Positions 8,674-17,748 are shown, numbered from the stretch's first letter. The stretch is DNA of 32,000 nucleotides from Candidatus Methylomirabilis oxygeniifera (GCA_000091165.1 FP565575.1:1020001-1052000); one strand, 5' to 3'. Notes: a model not told the origin generated them from the letters alone. Made by a program: numbers and translations.

Positions 8674-9582
8674 ATGAGTATCCTTGTTGTCGGATCGGTC
8701 GCGCTTGACTCGGTTCGTACGCCATTCGGCGACGCGAAGGAGGCGCTGGGAGGATCGGCGACGTACTTCTCAGTGGCGGCCAGCTTCTTCGCCGATGTGC
8801 GGATTGTGGCCGTTGTGGGGGAGGACTTTCCCGAAGAACACCTGGCGTTTCTGAAGAGCCGGTCGATTGATCTTGAGGGGCTGGTGCGGGTTCCGGGGCG
8901 CACCTTCCGATGGATCGGAGAGTATGGATTCGATCTGAATGAGGCGAAGACCCTGGAAACCCAACTCAATGTCTTTGCAACGTTTCAGCCGGAGATCCCC
9001 AAGGCATACAAAGAGAGCGATCTAGTCTTCCTGGCCAATATCGATCCCGATCTGCAGCGGGAGGTTCTTGGCCAGGTCCGCTTACCCAAGCTTGTTGCCG
9101 CTGATACGATGAACTACTGGATCAATGGAAAGCCCGAAGCGCTCCAGGAGACACTGAAATCGGTAGATGTCCTGCTGATCAACGACGCCGAGACCCGGCA
9201 GCTTGCCGACGAGCCCAACCTGGTCCGGGCCGCCCAGAAGATCCTGGGCTGGGGGCCGACCTCACTGGTCATCAAGCGAGGCGAGTACGGCGCGCTGATG
9301 GTCCGAAAGGGCGGGTGGTTTGCCGCGCCCGCGCTTCCGCTCGATTCGGTGTTTGACCCGACGGGAGCGGGCGATTGCTTTGCCGGCGGTTTCATCGGCT
9401 ACCTGGCCAACACGATGAATTTTGAGGAGTCCAACATCCGGAAGGCGATCGTGATGGGGTCGGTGATGGCGTCTTTTAACGTCGAAGCGTTTTCGCTCGA
9501 TCGTTTACGACGGTTGACCTATCCTGAAATCGAGGCGAGGTATAAGGTCTTCAAACGTCTTGCCCATTTTGAAGACCTCTAG
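8674..9582 (+). CDS. PfkB/ribokinase-family carbohydrate or nucleoside kinase
   Basis: N-terminal GSVALDSV...GGSATYFSVAAS and C-terminal DPTGAGDCFAGGFIGYLA (PfkB signature). ATG at 8674 preferred over 8638, which lies in the repeat spacer. Confidence 0.88.
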   Translation: MSILVVGSVALDSVRTPFGDAKEALGGSATYFSVAASFFADVRIVAVVGEDFPEEHLAFLKSRSIDLEGLVRVPGRTFRWIGEYGFDLNEAKTLETQLNVFATFQPEIPKAYKESDLVFLANIDPDLQREVLGQVRLPKLVAADTMNYWINGKPEALQETLKSVDVLLINDAETRQLADEPNLVRAAQKILGWGPTSLVIKRGEYGALMVRKGGWFAAPALPLDSVFDPTGAGDCFAGGFIGYLANTMNFEESNIRKAIVMGSVMASFNVEAFSLDRLRRLTYPEIEARYKVFKRLAHFEDL

Positions 9583-9600
9583 GGCGAAGGAGTGAACGAG

Positions 9601-11160
9601 ATGGCGAATGAGCGCCATAAGGACAGGCTGGAGGAGCTGCGCCGCCGACGCGACGCCGCTCGGCAAGGCGGCGGACAGGAGCGTGTCGATCGGCATCATC
9701 AGTCCGGGAAGCTGACGGCGCGCGAGCGAATCGATCTGCTCCTTGATCCGGGGAGCTTCACCGAGCTGGATGCCTTCGTGACCCATCAGTGTCACGACTT
9801 TGATATGGACCGGCAACGGATCCCCGGCGACGGTGTCATTATCGGATACGGAACGATCGACGGGCGACAGGTGTATCTCTTCGCCCAGGATTTTACTGTG
9901 TTCGGCGGCAGCCTGAGCGGGGCCCACGCCGCCAAGATCTGCAAGGCGATGGATCTGGCCCTGAAGATGGGCGCTCCGATCATCGGCCTCAGCGATTCTG
10001 GCGGGGCCAGAATCCAGGAGGGGGTCGTTTCGCTGGCGGGATATGCCGATCTCTTCCTTCGCAACACGCTGGCCTCAGGGGTGATCCCGCAGATTGCGGC
10101 CATTATGGGGCCGTGCGCGGGCGGGGCGGTCTATTCGCCGGCCTTGATGGATTTCGTCGTCATGGTTCGCCATACCAGCCATATGTTCGTGACGGGACCT
10201 GATGTGATCAAGACAGTCCTACACGAAGAGGTCGACTTTGAAGGGCTGGGCGGCGCGATGACCCATAATGCCGTATCGGGCGTCGCCCACTTTGCCGTCG
10301 ATTCGGAGCAGGAGTGTCTGGCCACGATCAGAGAACTGCTGTCGTATCTCCCACAGAACAATCTGGAAGATCCGCCTCGCTGTGCGTCCAGAGACGATCC
10401 GGAGCGACAAGAAGAGGCTCTGAACGGGCTCATCCCCGACAGCCCCAACCGACCGTACGACATAAAGGAACTGATCCGGATGGTGGTGGACGACGGCGAG
10501 TTTCTCGAGGTTCAGGAACATTTTGCCCAGAACATGGTGGTGGGTTTTGGACGTCTGGACGGGCAGTCGGCCGGGTTTGTCGCGAACCAGCCTGCCATGC
10601 TGGCCGGGTGCCTCGACATCAGCTCGTCCGTCAAGGCAGCTCGCTTCATCCGCTTTTGCGATGCCTTCAACATTCCCATCGTGACGTTGGAGGACGTTCC
10701 CGGTTATCTGCCCGGCACGGCTCAGGAGCATGGCGGCATCATCAAGCACGGCGCGAAGCTGCTGTACGCCTATGGGGAGGCGACCGTGCCGAAAATTACC
10801 ATCATTGTGCGAAAGGCCTACGGGGGCGCCTATTGCGTGATGGGCAGCAAACATATGCGGGCCGATCTCAACTTCGCGTACCCGACCGCCGAGATCGCGG
10901 TCATGGGTCCCGAGGGCGCGGTCAACATCCTGTACAAGCGAAAGATGGCCGATGAGGATGACGTCGCATCCTTTCGCGCGGAAAAGGTGGCGGAGTTCCG
11001 CGATAAGTTTGCCAATCCGTATATTGCCGCAGAGCGGGGCTATATCGACGAAGTGATCGAGCCGAAAGAGACCCGCCCGAAACTGATCCGGGCGCTCAGG
11101 TCATTAAAGACAAAGCGCGAGACGAACCCTCCAAAGAAACATGGGAACATTCCTCTCTAA
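9601..11160 (+). CDS. pccB: Acyl-CoA (propionyl-CoA) carboxylase, carboxyltransferase beta subunit
   Basis: DQRIPGDGVIIGYGTIDGRQVYLFAQDFTVFGGSLSGAHAAKICKAMD, GIIKHGAKLLYAYGEATVPKITIIVRKAYGGAYCVMGSKH, MGPEGAVNILYKR. Adjacent to biotin carboxylase and methylmalonyl-CoA genes. Confidence 0.93.
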   Translation: MANERHKDRLEELRRRRDAARQGGGQERVDRHHQSGKLTARERIDLLLDPGSFTELDAFVTHQCHDFDMDRQRIPGDGVIIGYGTIDGRQVYLFAQDFTVFGGSLSGAHAAKICKAMDLALKMGAPIIGLSDSGGARIQEGVVSLAGYADLFLRNTLASGVIPQIAAIMGPCAGGAVYSPALMDFVVMVRHTSHMFVTGPDVIKTVLHEEVDFEGLGGAMTHNAVSGVAHFAVDSEQECLATIRELLSYLPQNNLEDPPRCASRDDPERQEEALNGLIPDSPNRPYDIKELIRMVVDDGEFLEVQEHFAQNMVVGFGRLDGQSAGFVANQPAMLAGCLDISSSVKAARFIRFCDAFNIPIVTLEDVPGYLPGTAQEHGGIIKHGAKLLYAYGEATVPKITIIVRKAYGGAYCVMGSKHMRADLNFAYPTAEIAVMGPEGAVNILYKRKMADEDDVASFRAEKVAEFRDKFANPYIAAERGYIDEVIEPKETRPKLIRALRSLKTKRETNPPKKHGNIPL

Positions 11161-11166
11161 ATAAAA

Positions 11167-11259
11167 GGGTAGAGGGTGGAGAGTTGAACAACAGACGGAA
11201 CAGGATACTTTCTCCTCGCACTTTTCCTACCCCCTACCCCCTACACCCTATACCCTGGT
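11167..11259. repeat. Inverted heptamer-periodic element (GGGTRGA)n...(CCCTAYM)n
   Basis: Left arm gggtaga gggtgga gagttga (11167-11187), right arm tcctacc ccctacc ccctaca ccctata ccctggt (11225-11259). It abuts the biotin carboxylase start at 11267. Confidence 0.7.
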
Positions 11260-11266
11260 GGCTATC

Positions 11267-12769
11267 ATGTTTAACAAGATACTGATTGCGAATCGCGGAG
11301 AGATTGCCGTTCGAGTGATCCGCGCCTGCCGCGAGATGGGCATCGGCACGGTGGCCGTCTACTCGGAGGCCGACCGCGCCGCGCTGCACGTCAGGTTGGC
11401 CGACGAGGCGTACCTGATCGGCCCAGCCCCGTCCCCACAGAGTTATCTCAAGATTGATCGGATCATTGAGACCGCGAAGCTGGCCGGTGCCAAGGCGATC
11501 CATCCAGGCTATGGCTTCCTGTCGGAGAACGCGGAGTTTGCCATGCGGTGCGAGGAAGAAGGACTGGTATTTATCGGTCCTTCTTCTCACGCTATCCGCG
11601 CCGTGGGTGGCAAGACCGCCGGTCGGAGCCTGGCGAGCCAGGCTGGTGTCCCTATCGTCCCTGGTTCGACCCGAGACCTTACTGATCGGGAGGTACTTCA
11701 GGCCGTCCAGGAGATCGGCCTGCCTGTCGTCATCAAGGCCTCGGCCGGGGGGGGCGGAAAAGGGATGCGCATCGTGTCGACCGAGGCGATGCTGGGCAGT
11801 GCGCTTCGCGCGACTCGTTCAGAAGCGGCTGCTGCGTTCGGTAACGCAGCCATCTATGTCGAGCGGTATGTGGGCGCCGCTCGCCATATCGAGATCCAGG
11901 TGATGGCCGATACGCGGGGCAATGTGGTGTATCTTGGTGAGCGTGAATGCTCACTGCAGCGGCGTCACCAGAAGGTCATCGAGGAGTCGCCGTCGCCTTT
12001 TGTCGATCTTGAACTGAGGCGTCGGATGGGAGAGGCCGCGGTCCGATTGGCAAAGGCTGCGAACTACACGAACGCTGGGACGATGGAGTTCCTGGTCGAT
12101 CCGTCCAAGAACTTTTATTTCCTGGAGATGAATACCCGGCTGCAGGTGGAGCACCCGATTACTGAAATGGTCACCGGACTCGATCTGGTGAAAGAGCAGA
12201 TCAGGATCGCCGCCGGCGACGTCCTGTCAGTGCGGCAGGATGAGATCCGGTTGCGCGGTCACGCGATCGAGTGTCGCATCTATGCGGAGGATCCCTTCAA
12301 CAATTTCATGCCGTCGCCCGGACGCATTCGGGCGCTGCGCACACCGGGCGGGCCTGGCCTTCGGATTGAAAGCGCGATCTACGAAGGGTGCGATGTTCCG
12401 ATTCATTATGATCCCTTGATCTCAAAATTGGTCGTCTGGGGACGTGACCGAGGGGAGGCGATAGCGCGGGTACGGCGTGCGCTGGCTGAATATGTCATAC
12501 TCGGCGTGAAAACCAATATCCCCTTCCATCGTCAGGTTCTCAATCTTTCGCAATTTGTGACGAGTCAAATCAATACGGAATTTCTGGAGAGTTGGCTGGC
12601 CACAGGACTCTCGCCTGAAAATGGGGCGTTCGCGGAGATTGCGCTGATTGCCGGAGCGCTCCACCTTCACACCAGGAAGCGTCCGGCTCCGACGCCTGTC
12701 GCGCAGGGCGTCCAGACCGACAGTTTATGGACGCGGGTTGCTCGTCAGGAGGGGATGCGACGACGATGA
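11267..12769 (+). CDS. Biotin carboxylase subunit of acyl-CoA carboxylase
   Basis: FNKILIANRGEIAVRVIRACREMGIGTVAVYSEAD, IHPGYGFLSENAEFA, KASAGGGGKGMRIV, GTMEFLVD...FYFLEMNTRLQVEHPITEMVTGLDLV. Confidence 0.94.
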   Translation: MFNKILIANRGEIAVRVIRACREMGIGTVAVYSEADRAALHVRLADEAYLIGPAPSPQSYLKIDRIIETAKLAGAKAIHPGYGFLSENAEFAMRCEEEGLVFIGPSSHAIRAVGGKTAGRSLASQAGVPIVPGSTRDLTDREVLQAVQEIGLPVVIKASAGGGGKGMRIVSTEAMLGSALRATRSEAAAAFGNAAIYVERYVGAARHIEIQVMADTRGNVVYLGERECSLQRRHQKVIEESPSPFVDLELRRRMGEAAVRLAKAANYTNAGTMEFLVDPSKNFYFLEMNTRLQVEHPITEMVTGLDLVKEQIRIAAGDVLSVRQDEIRLRGHAIECRIYAEDPFNNFMPSPGRIRALRTPGGPGLRIESAIYEGCDVPIHYDPLISKLVVWGRDRGEAIARVRRALAEYVILGVKTNIPFHRQVLNLSQFVTSQINTEFLESWLATGLSPENGAFAEIALIAGALHLHTRKRPAPTPVAQGVQTDSLWTRVARQEGMRRR

Positions 12770-13272
12770 TCTACTCCGCTGATCTGCAAGGTACACATCA
12801 TAAGCTCGCGGTACAGGGTATGCAATCGCCGGTTCCGGTTGAGGTGAACGGGCATACCTACGAGGTCGATTTCAGCGCGGCTGACGGCAGCCTACTCTCG
12901 CTTCTGGTAATGGGTCGTTCGTATGAGGCCGATGTGGTCGAGGAAGAGGAGGGGGTTCTCGCGGTCTGGGTAGAGGGCGAAACGTACCGAATCGAATACC
13001 AGGAGGAGGGGCGTCGTCCCAGAAGAAGCGCCGGCGTGACAGGCCATGGGGTGAGCGGCTGTCAGGTGATTACGGCCCCCATGCCGGGAAAGGTTGTTGC
13101 GGTGCTGGTCTCATCGGCGCAAGAGGTGAATGCGGGTCAAGGCGTGATCGTCATCGAGGCGATGAAGATGGAGAATGAGTTGAAGGCTTCCAGGTCCGGG
13201 GTCATCAAGGAGATCAAGGTGCAGGAAGGAGCCGCTGTCGGCGGAGGGGACGTCCTGATGATCATCGAATAA
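12766..13272 (+). CDS. Biotin carrier protein domain subunit (biotin/lipoyl attachment)
   Basis: C-terminal biotinylation motif [26 protein letters not shown] overlaps the upstream TGA (ATGA). Confidence 0.9.
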   Translation: MIYSADLQGTHHKLAVQGMQSPVPVEVNGHTYEVDFSAADGSLLSLLVMGRSYEADVVEEEEGVLAVWVEGETYRIEYQEEGRRPRRSAGVTGHGVSGCQVITAPMPGKVVAVLVSSAQEVNAGQGVIVIEAMKMENELKASRSGVIKEIKVQEGAAVGGGDVLMIIE

Positions 13273-13387
13273 AAGAGGTGTAGAGTGTTTAGTTCCTGGT
13301 TCAGGGAGGTTAAGCCGCAAGCCTGCCATTTTTCGTCGACGAACCATGACGATGAACCATGAACGTGAACTTCCTGATGCAGGGACG

Positions 13388-15067
13388 ATGGATGACGAAG
13401 AACGGATGACAAAGCTTCAGCGTGAGTTCGATGACTGGCGGACGAGCGTGCTTGAGCCTGCCCTGACGCGCACCCCGGAGCGACGGCAAGAATGGCGGAC
13501 AAGTTCCGGCATTGACGCTAATCGCCTCTACACCCCCCTGGATCTCGCCGAACATGACTATCTGGAGCGACTGGGATTTCCCGGTAGCTATCCGTATACC
13601 CGTGGGGTGCGGCCAACAATGCATCGAAGCCGCCTCTGGACCATGCGGCAGTATGCGGGCTACGGAACAGCGGAGGAGACTAACCGGCGGTTTCATTTTC
13701 TACTTGAGCAGGGCCAGACGGGGCTGTCGGTCGCCTTTGACCTTCCTACTCAGTTGGGGTATGATGCCGATGATCCGATGGTTGTCGGCGAGGTGGGGAG
13801 GGTGGGTGTCGCCATCGACTCTCTGGCGGATATGGAGACGCTGCTGCGAAGCATTCCGCTCGATCGGGTGAGCGTCTCCATGACCATCAATGCGACCGCA
13901 GCGATCCTGCTGGCGATGTATGTGGCCGTGGCTAAGCGACAGAGCGTCGCGCCGAATCAGCTTTCGGGGACCATTCAGAACGATATCCTCAAGGAATATG
14001 TTGCCAGGGGAACCTATATCTTCCCGCCCGGACCGTCCATGCGCCTGGTGACCGACACGATCGCCTATTGCGCCGTGCAACTTCCGCGCTGGAATGCCAT
14101 CAGTGTCAGTGGCTACCATATTCGGGAGGCAGGCTCGACGGCAGTCCAGGAGGTAGCGTTCACGTTGGCCGACGGCATCGCCTATATGGAGGCGGCGATG
14201 GCCGCGGGGCTGGACGTGGATCGCATCGGTTCCCAGATCTCCTTCTTCTTCAACGCCCACGACGATCTCATGGAAGAGGTCGCCAAGTTCCGAGCGGCAC
14301 GTCGACTCTGGGCAACGATCATGCGGCAGCGTTTTCAGGCGCGCGACTCGCGATCGTGGATGTTGCGCTTTCACGCACAGACCTCCGGTGTGAGCCTCAC
14401 CGCGCAACAGGCCGAGAACAATCTGGTTCGCGTGGCGCTGCAGGCACTCGCGGCGGTTCTTGGTGGGGTCCAGTCGTTGCATACCAACTCGCGGGATGAG
14501 GCGCTGGGACTTCCTACCGAGGATGCGGTCCGGCTCGCGCTCAGGACTCAGCAGATCATTGCCTATGAGAGTGGGGTGGCGAATACCGTCGACCCGCTCG
14601 GCGGCTCGTACTATCTGGAGGCCCTGACTGATCGGATCGAGCGAGAAGCGTCAACCTATATCGACAAGATTGATGCAATGGGGGGGATGCTTCGCGCCAT
14701 CGAGCTCGGATTTATCCAACGGGAGATCCAGGAAGCAGCGTACCGGGAGCAACAGGCCACAGAGGAGCGGCAGCGCATCGTCGTGGGGGTCAACGAGTGT
14801 AGCGCCGGTGAGTCGGCCCACATTCCCGTATTTGCTGTCGATCCCAGGCTTGAACTGGAACAGAAGACAAAGCTGGCCAGTCTCCGTCGCGATCGGGATA
14901 ATGGCAGTGTGGAACGAATCCTTCACATGTTGGATGAGGCGGCAAGGGAGAGCCAGAACCTGCTGCCGCTCTTCATTGAAGCGGTCGAGGCCTACGCCAC
15001 GCTGGGAGAAATCTGTGCTGTGTTGCGACGCGTCTTTGGTGAGCATCGCGAATCAGTGGCAATCTGA
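13388..15067 (+). CDS. Methylmalonyl-CoA mutase, large (catalytic, N-terminal TIM-barrel) subunit
   Basis: [96 protein letters not shown]. The longest ORF starts at 13346; ATG 13388 is suggested because 13346 lies in a repeat-like tract. No cobalamin-binding domain. Confidence 0.93.
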   Translation: MDDEERMTKLQREFDDWRTSVLEPALTRTPERRQEWRTSSGIDANRLYTPLDLAEHDYLERLGFPGSYPYTRGVRPTMHRSRLWTMRQYAGYGTAEETNRRFHFLLEQGQTGLSVAFDLPTQLGYDADDPMVVGEVGRVGVAIDSLADMETLLRSIPLDRVSVSMTINATAAILLAMYVAVAKRQSVAPNQLSGTIQNDILKEYVARGTYIFPPGPSMRLVTDTIAYCAVQLPRWNAISVSGYHIREAGSTAVQEVAFTLADGIAYMEAAMAAGLDVDRIGSQISFFFNAHDDLMEEVAKFRAARRLWATIMRQRFQARDSRSWMLRFHAQTSGVSLTAQQAENNLVRVALQALAAVLGGVQSLHTNSRDEALGLPTEDAVRLALRTQQIIAYESGVANTVDPLGGSYYLEALTDRIEREASTYIDKIDAMGGMLRAIELGFIQREIQEAAYREQQATEERQRIVVGVNECSAGESAHIPVFAVDPRLELEQKTKLASLRRDRDNGSVERILHMLDEAARESQNLLPLFIEAVEAYATLGEICAVLRRVFGEHRESVAI

Positions 15068-15071
15068 AGAA

Positions 15072-15205
15072 GGGTGTGGGGTGTAGGGTGGAGGGTTTAG
15101 TGGGAAGGGTGTTGGGTATGGGGTATGGGGGTGGAGCGGTTGAGTATGGTACTGATGATTGTTTGTCTTTCCAGACACCCTACACCCTAGACCCTATACC
15201 CTGTC
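15072..15205. repeat. Inverted heptamer-periodic element (GGGTRTR)9...(CCCTAYA)4, G-quadruplex-prone
   Basis: Left arm gggtgtg gggtgta gggtgga gggttta gtgggaa gggtgtt gggtatg gggtatg ggggtgg (15072-15134). Right arm ccctaca ccctaga ccctata ccctgtc (15178-15205). Confidence 0.8.
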
Positions 15206-15211
15206 TTTGAC

Positions 15212-15622
15212 ATGGTGCGTCGGATCGAACACATTGCGATTGCCGTGAAAGACGCCGAAGCCTCGGCGAGGCTATTTGAGACGCTTTTGGGGGTCGGTCG
15301 TGGTCAAATGGAGACCCTTCCAGGCGAGCGCGTCAAGGTGGCATTCTTCGATCTCGGGGAGAGTCGCCTCGAACTGGTACAGGGGATCGGCGACGACAAT
15401 CCGATGGGTAAATTTATCGAGAAACGAGGCGAAGGCCTGCACCATATCTGCCTTGAGGTCGAGGATCTTCCTGAGACACTGAGGCTGCTTGATGCGGCCG
15501 GGTTTCCCCTCATCGACAGCGTTCCCAAACCTGGGTCCAGTGGTACCAGAGTCGCCTTCTTACACCCGAAGGGATGCAACGGTGTGCTCATAGAGCTGGT
15601 TGAGCAACCCAATAGAGCATAG
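15212..15622 (+). CDS. mce: Methylmalonyl-CoA epimerase
   Basis: RIEHIAIAVKDAEASARLFETLLG...EGLHHICLEVEDL...VAFLHPKGCNGVLIELVEQ (glyoxalase/VOC fold, metal-ligand H and E). Next to the mutase and carboxylase. Confidence 0.93.
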   Translation: MVRRIEHIAIAVKDAEASARLFETLLGVGRGQMETLPGERVKVAFFDLGESRLELVQGIGDDNPMGKFIEKRGEGLHHICLEVEDLPETLRLLDAAGFPLIDSVPKPGSSGTRVAFLHPKGCNGVLIELVEQPNRA

Positions 15623-15711
15623 TCGTCGGAGGATCGCGATGGGTTGCAGACGTCCTGTGTTGTTGATTCCGATTCCTCGTATTCCTTTGAAAATAGCCGT
15701 CAGATGCAGAG

Positions 15712-15758
15712 AAATCCCCCCTAGACCCCCCTTGTCTAAAGGGGGGGTGGGGGGTTTT
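15712..15758. repeat. CCCCCCT...AAAGGGGG palindromic dispersed repeat
   Basis: aaatccccccctagaccccccttgtctaaagggggggtggggggtttt is an imperfect palindrome. It translates as ...PPRPPLSKGGVGGF on + and KPPTPPLDKGGLGGI on -. Confidence 0.75.
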
Positions 15759-15767
15759 CGTGCGCCG

Positions 15768-17678
15768 TTGCGCGGTCGTACCACGTGGCGTGTTCTACTC
15801 CATTTTGTCTTTTTTCTTACAGTGTTGCTCATTGCCTCTCCAAGCGGGATGGCGGCGGCTGATGAGCGAACTCCTGTTCGAGGCAAAGGGAGCCCTTCAG
15901 CCAGGGATCAGCAGGGTGGATTTGCTGAAGCCGCCAAGATTGTAGCCGAACGACTCGCCGCCTCCTTTCCACGTGTCGAGGGTCTCATTATCGGTTTCGA
16001 GGGCGATCTGGTCCTGATTGATCGCGGGACGGCAGCCGGCGTCGTCCAGGGAATGGAGCTCGACGTCTTTCGTGAAGGGGAGGAGTTTAAACACCCACTC
16101 ACGGGAGAGGCCATGGGAAGATTGGACAAGGATCTCGGTACGGTTCGCGTCCTTTACGTTCACGAGCGTTATGCCGAGACCGCCGTGATCAAAAAGACTG
16201 AGAAGGCCGGATTCCGTAAGGGTGATCGGGTGCGAGTCTCCATGGCGCGGATGATTGTGGCGTTTCCCAATATCGATGTTGGAGGGGTCGGCGGAGTCAG
16301 CATGCGAGCGATGACGAAGGACCTGGCTGCTGCCCTGGTTCGGACAGGGCGCTTCGAGCCGGTTGAGGATCGACAGTTACGTTCCATGCTGTTGACTGAC
16401 CGGGAGTTCATGGCAGGGGAGTTGACGGATCCGAAGGCTCTCAAGCAACTCGCTGACAGGGGAAAGATTCAGGTCCTTCTGCTGAGCCGCCTGACGCCCT
16501 CAGCGGACGGGATATCGCTGGATGTACAGGCCTATTCAACATTGACCGGCAACTCGATTGTTCTTGCCAGTGCGTTGGTGCAGTCGGGTCTCGTGACTCA
16601 CGACAAGTCGTCGCGTGGACCACAGACGGCGCCGACTGCGCCATCAACCGTCATCACGCCTGCGGAGACCGGGAAGTCGATAGTCGCCGCCTCTCCACGA
16701 CCCGGCACGCTCCCGGTTGCTCCTATGCCGTCGGATCATGTTGTGCTCGAACCGGCGCTTGACGGTTCCATGACGGCGATGGCTATGGCGGATCTGGATG
16801 GTGACGGGAAGCGCGAACTTCTCGTGGCGGGGGTCGATCGGCTGCTTGCCCTTCGATTCGACGGCTCCCATCTCAAATCTCTTGCGGAATACCCATTACG
16901 CGAAAAAGGCAGCGTAGTGACGCTGGAGGCTCTGGATGTTACTGGTGATGGAGGGGCCGAGATCATCATGACCCTGTCGCACAAGGGCCGTATTCACGCC
17001 CTGGTTGTTCAGTGGATAGAGAGCAAGCTCAGGGCGATCTGGGAAGTACCCGACCTTATCATCCGGCCGCTGGCGCCGGACGGGAAAACAGTTCGGCTCT
17101 TTGGTCAGGCGATGGTACCGGCTGATCGGGCCGCACAACCGATCCATCAGTATACGTGGGACGGACGAAACCTCCAAGTTGGACCCGCCCTCGATGTTCC
17201 ATCCGGTCTCTCGCTGCTGGAATTCACGATGGCCGATGTGAACGGAGATGGAGCAATACGGCTGCTGACTTTTAAAGGGGGCACGCTCGAAGTCGGATCA
17301 CAAACCGGCACTCTTCTCAGCAGCTACAAAGCGAGTAGTGGGGCGAGCGTCCCAAAGAACGGAGTTGATCCTCGGATTGTGATTGATAAGGAGCGAGAAG
17401 GAGAGAGGCTTCAGGTCATCGTGGCGCGAGAGCAGGAGGCCGAAGGCCGGATGCAAAGTTGGTGGAGCGGAAAGAGGACGCACAGCTTAACGGTCCTGAA
17501 ATGGGATGGGACTCAATTTCATGAGGTACGACAGGCGCCTATTGCTGACGGCGTGCTCACCGATTACGCTGTTGCGGATCTCGGAGAAGGACTCGGCCGT
17601 CGTCTCCTCGCGCTTGTTGTGAAGCGCGGAAGATTGGGATTGAGTACGAGAAGCGAGATTCAAGCCTTCCGGTATTAA
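15768..17678 (+). CDS. Exported protein with FlgT_C-like and CsgG/FlgO-like N-terminal regions and VCBS/FG-GAP-like repeats
   Basis: Signal-peptide-like MRGRTTWRVLLHFVFFLTVLLIASPSGMAAADE (TTG 15768). G-V-G-basic region LIDRGTAAGVVQGMELDVFREGE...GFRKGDRVRV. Repeats MADLDGDGKRELLVAG, LDVTGDGGAEIIMT, MADVNGDGAIRLL. The start is inferred; the open frame extends to 15600. Confidence 0.65.
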   Translation: MRGRTTWRVLLHFVFFLTVLLIASPSGMAAADERTPVRGKGSPSARDQQGGFAEAAKIVAERLAASFPRVEGLIIGFEGDLVLIDRGTAAGVVQGMELDVFREGEEFKHPLTGEAMGRLDKDLGTVRVLYVHERYAETAVIKKTEKAGFRKGDRVRVSMARMIVAFPNIDVGGVGGVSMRAMTKDLAAALVRTGRFEPVEDRQLRSMLLTDREFMAGELTDPKALKQLADRGKIQVLLLSRLTPSADGISLDVQAYSTLTGNSIVLASALVQSGLVTHDKSSRGPQTAPTAPSTVITPAETGKSIVAASPRPGTLPVAPMPSDHVVLEPALDGSMTAMAMADLDGDGKRELLVAGVDRLLALRFDGSHLKSLAEYPLREKGSVVTLEALDVTGDGGAEIIMTLSHKGRIHALVVQWIESKLRAIWEVPDLIIRPLAPDGKTVRLFGQAMVPADRAAQPIHQYTWDGRNLQVGPALDVPSGLSLLEFTMADVNGDGAIRLLTFKGGTLEVGSQTGTLLSSYKASSGASVPKNGVDPRIVIDKEREGERLQVIVAREQEAEGRMQSWWSGKRTHSLTVLKWDGTQFHEVRQAPIADGVLTDYAVADLGEGLGRRLLALVVKRGRLGLSTRSEIQAFRY

Positions 17679-17718
17679 TGACCCTGCTGTTAGATTTCCT
17701 AAAACCGATTGAAAAGCT

Positions 17719-17748
17719 CTAGACAATGTGTGCTAGCTACTACTATAA
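17719..17748 (+). promoter_or_regulatory. Sigma70-like promoter upstream of the FadL-family gene
   Basis: TAGACA (17719-17724), 18-bp spacer, perfect TATAAT (17743-17748). About 60 bp before ATG 17811, with AAGGAG at 17801-17806. Confidence 0.55.

Noticed and set aside
8585-15205. Possibility that the periodic tracts at 8585, 11167 and 15072 are a CRISPR array
   Set aside because: Units are 7 nt, contiguous, and arranged as two opposed arms; there are no 25-40 nt repeats or spacers and no cas genes.
15178-15205. Telomere-like CCCTAYA repeats as evidence of a linear replicon end or eukaryotic contamination
   Set aside because: The arrays are short, degenerate, internal to a bacterial operon and present in opposed arms; gene content on both sides is continuous.
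15560-15886. 108-aa minus-strand ORF (KPPTPPLDKGGLGGI)
   Set aside because: Produced by reading through the C/G-rich palindromic repeat; a known type of spurious translation.
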